Assembly: GCF_001194135.2 (NCBI RefSeq) | Contig: NC_068995.1 | Coordinates: forward strand, 4,137,241 to 4,190,598 | Direction of reading: 5' to 3' | Length of the DNA: 53,358 nucleotides | Source: Octopus bimaculoides | Taxonomy: Eukaryota | In this document: positions 50,051-53,358 of the stretch, piece by piece | How positions within the stretch are numbered: the stretch's first letter is position 1 | How the letters are laid out: every line of letters starts with the position of its first letter | Notes under the pieces: model-generated | Seen by the model: only the letters and a program-made list of their open reading frames with translations | The model's database searches: none | Told to the model about the DNA's origin: nothing | Made by a program: the position numbers and the translations under genes

Positions 50051-50409
50051 ACCTTCCCAAGAGAATCTTAGTAATAGACATTTAAAGTATTTACTCAAAT
50101 AATTATTTCACGAAAGTTTGATCTTCAGTTTCAATCAGAAATTATTCTTTCTTTTTTCTGGTGGCAATGGTGACAAGGGGCGGAGAGTGGTTACGACTAA
50201 AAGGACTTAAGACAGATAGATTTCTCGATGTCCAAGACTTCGTTTCCCTTTTCAAGCTTGGAAACATGGCAGTGTCACTTGATTATTTTTCCTCTTGTTT
50301 AGGTTCTTTAAATTCTAGGAAGAGAGATTTTCTTCTATCTTGATAATTACTTCCTTAAAATGAAAATGCAGAGAACTAAAATACTCTCCTACACTCTGTC
50401 TTCCTCTCT

Positions 50410-50410
<1 letters not shown>

Positions 50411-50492
<82 letters not shown>
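50411..50492. repeat. (CA)n microsatellite, ~40 units
   Basis: Direct reading. Confidence 0.95.
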
Positions 50493-50496
<4 letters not shown>

Positions 50497-50625
50497 TATA
50501 TTTACACACACATATATGTAAACATATCTATACACATATACACAGAGTATGCATTAAATCTTTATATACAAATTACACAGATATGCACTCACATACGCAC
50601 AGATATGCACTCACATACGCACAGA

Positions 50626-50679
<54 letters not shown>

Positions 50680-51334
50680 GCCTCTGGATATTTAATGTCA
50701 CTAATAGCACAGAAATGTAGATGACAGTCTCTGTAGGGTGGGATCGAAACAAGATTCATCCGATATCGATTCCATTTCTACCTTTATTGCATGACACGCA
50801 ATTAAGGACATAATGTTCAATGAAGCAGAACACATTGGGATTTTTATTTCATCACGTGATCACAGTAGGAAGTTGTTAGGGATGTTAGCTTTTAGTGAGA
50901 CTATTCCCAAAGGTGATGGGTTAGTGTTAGCGAAGGGGGATGGGGTTAGATGCACATGCGTGTCTGTCGGCATACACACACACACACACACACACTAACA
51001 TACGCATATGTGTATGCAAACTTCTATATACAATTAGTCACACACGCGCGCACGCACATATACATTTCTGTAAAGCCACATACGTACATTCATCATTAAC
51101 ATACACGCATATTTGTACATAAACCCATCAATTCCGTTGATCATACTCTCATATACACATACATACATACGTCCACATATTTTTACACACTTGGAGATAT
51201 ACACACATATATGCGCACACTCATGGAGGCACACGCATACGCACACACACACATTTGTATACAAAGAGACACAATCACCTGCGTACATATATTCTAATAC
51301 AGATAAATAGACAAAAACATATTAACATAATACG

Positions 51335-51382
<48 letters not shown>

Positions 51383-51394
51383 TATTCAAAAGAA

Positions 51395-51545
51395 TTCCAA
51401 CTCTGTCTGTACATAACTGGTACTTATTTTATCAACTCCAAAGGGATGAAAGGCTAAGCTGATCTCGGTTGAATTTGAATTCAGAAAAGACGGAAGAAAT
51501 GCCGCTAAACATTTTGTCCGGTGTGCTAACGATTCCGCCAGTTTG
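51395..51545 (-). mobile_element. tRNA-derived SINE, family A
   Basis: Reverse complement reads ctggcggaatcgttagcacaccggacaaaatgtttagcggcatttcttccgtc-tttctgaattcaaattc. Confidence 0.72.
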
Positions 51546-52714
51546 CCACTTTTGTCCTAAATATACACAAGATTTATTAACAGATGCAACACTGCACAGA
51601 AAGGGACTATTCGGCGCGGCTGTTTCGACGCTGAAGAATTGTCACAGCTGATTGGACATTCAAGTTGTTTATGTGACAGCAATTTTTGGCACTAGAGGGA
51701 AGCACACCTACGCACCTACACAGAGGAATATACATGCATATGTTATTGTATATATAGGTAGAGAGTGTCAGAGATAGATGGAGAAAGAAGTATTACATAC
51801 ACACATATTAAATGGTCTTAAGACAGGGAGAATAAGAGAGAAGGGAAGAGAGAGACAGAAATAGAGAAAGATAAACAAAGTGCTAGAAGGAAAAACTGAA
51901 ACATAGAAACTATGTTTTGATTTTGCTCGATTAAGATATGGCTGAGGGCTAAACAGCTTCAGCTCAGCAGTTATAAAAGCAACATCAGGAGCAGTTACAA
52001 TAACAACAAAAACAGCAGAGTGCAACTATTATCTTCTCAGCAGGAGGATACAAACTGACTGAGCTGCAGATCGATATATCGATAAAGGTCGAACGGCAAC
52101 GTTATTTTTTCTCCACCCTTACGTAATAATAGCCCAACCCGACCCCAGCGTTAACCCACTGCTACTTGGCGTTGCTATTGATAGCTTAATCGATCAGTAA
52201 GCGATTCAGGAAATGAAATGAAGTAATAATAATAATGTGTTGATCAGGATGTTAAATGAAATGTAAGAAATAAAGCAATGAGACAAACATATTACTCACT
52301 TTGACTTTCACTTTCGCTTCTCTACCACTCTATCTTTATTTCTCTCTCTCTCTCTCAATCTCCCTCTCTCTCTCTTTCTAACTCTTAAAAATATGTAAGT
52401 CTAAGCATATATATGTATATATATACATACATATAAAAGTGCATACACAGAGACATGGTGATGATGTCGATGGCGATTATGATGGTGACGATGATAATGA
52501 TAATGATGACGCTGATTATGTCTTGAAGAGGATAACAATGTTGATCATGATCCATATAAATATGTATGTGTATGTGTATGTGCCTGTGTGTGAGAGCGTG
52601 CGTATATATATATATATATATATTTACATGGATATGTACAGTCATATGTATATATAGGGTAAATACATATATACACACATATATGTATATAGATAGGCGG
52701 ATACACGCACATAC

Positions 52715-52799
<85 letters not shown>

Positions 52800-53096
52800 C
52801 GTATGTATATGTTTACATATATATATATATATATCTTTCCTTAACCGGTAACCTATTGACCTATTGAAAATGTTATGATGATATTAAATATTAAATGATT
52901 AGGGCCGAACGTTGTTGTATCGTTCACAAATTCACTTCATACACACCTGCCTGGTGAGTTGAACAGACAGCGAGGAGCCTTGTGAAGCTAAGACTCACCA
53001 TGGCCTTGAAGCCACCAGTAACATGTAAGTTGGTAGGCGACACATACATGCATGCCTACACTTGTATAGACATATACAAATAAAGATATATACATA

Positions 53097-53178
<82 letters not shown>

Positions 53179-53358
53179 TGTGTGTATATATATATATATA
53201 TATATACATACATACATATATATAAGTATATATATGTATATATATATATGTGTGTATATATACGTATATATCTATATCTATATATATATATGTGTATGTA
53301 TATATACTTTAGTCGAACAAATCCATAGACACACAAATACATACACTTATATGTATAT

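Noticed and set aside
50578-50624. 22-bp tandem duplication (cagatatgcactcacatacgca x2)
   Set aside because: An ordinary slippage duplication next to a (CA)n tract.

Overview
AT-rich, microsatellite- and SINE-laden animal genomic DNA with many assembly gaps, most consistent with a coleoid cephalopod (Octopus-type; inferred from the repeat landscape). The only well-supported gene is a minus-strand neuropeptide locus at ~2.3-11.3 kb, which the ORF track splits into unrelated ORFs. Exon A (11300-11191, ATG 11272) encodes a signal peptide and ends in a phase-1 donor (G|GTATGT). Exon B (starts 9218, phase-1 acceptor) encodes 17 xMEFL-G-K(R) copies, i.e. EFLamide, the protostome TRH-type motif. Exon C (7126-2286, phase-1 acceptor) encodes about 116 repeat units, about 110 amidatable, of PxF(V/I)-G-KR, i.e. 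PXFVamide / Mytilus-inhibitory-peptide type. All junctions are phase 1, so one signal-peptide exon can feed either cassette or both (A-B, A-C, A-B-C). This splicing model is inferred from splice consensus and frame, not from transcripts. The remaining ~42 kb (12-53 kb) has no convincing coding sequence. It holds tRNA-derived SINEs, microsatellites, gaps, a triple-CRE palindrome and a near-perfect hairpin, and probably contains the unlocated non-coding first exon and promoter. Repeat-element boundaries are approximate and copy numbers are hand counts.
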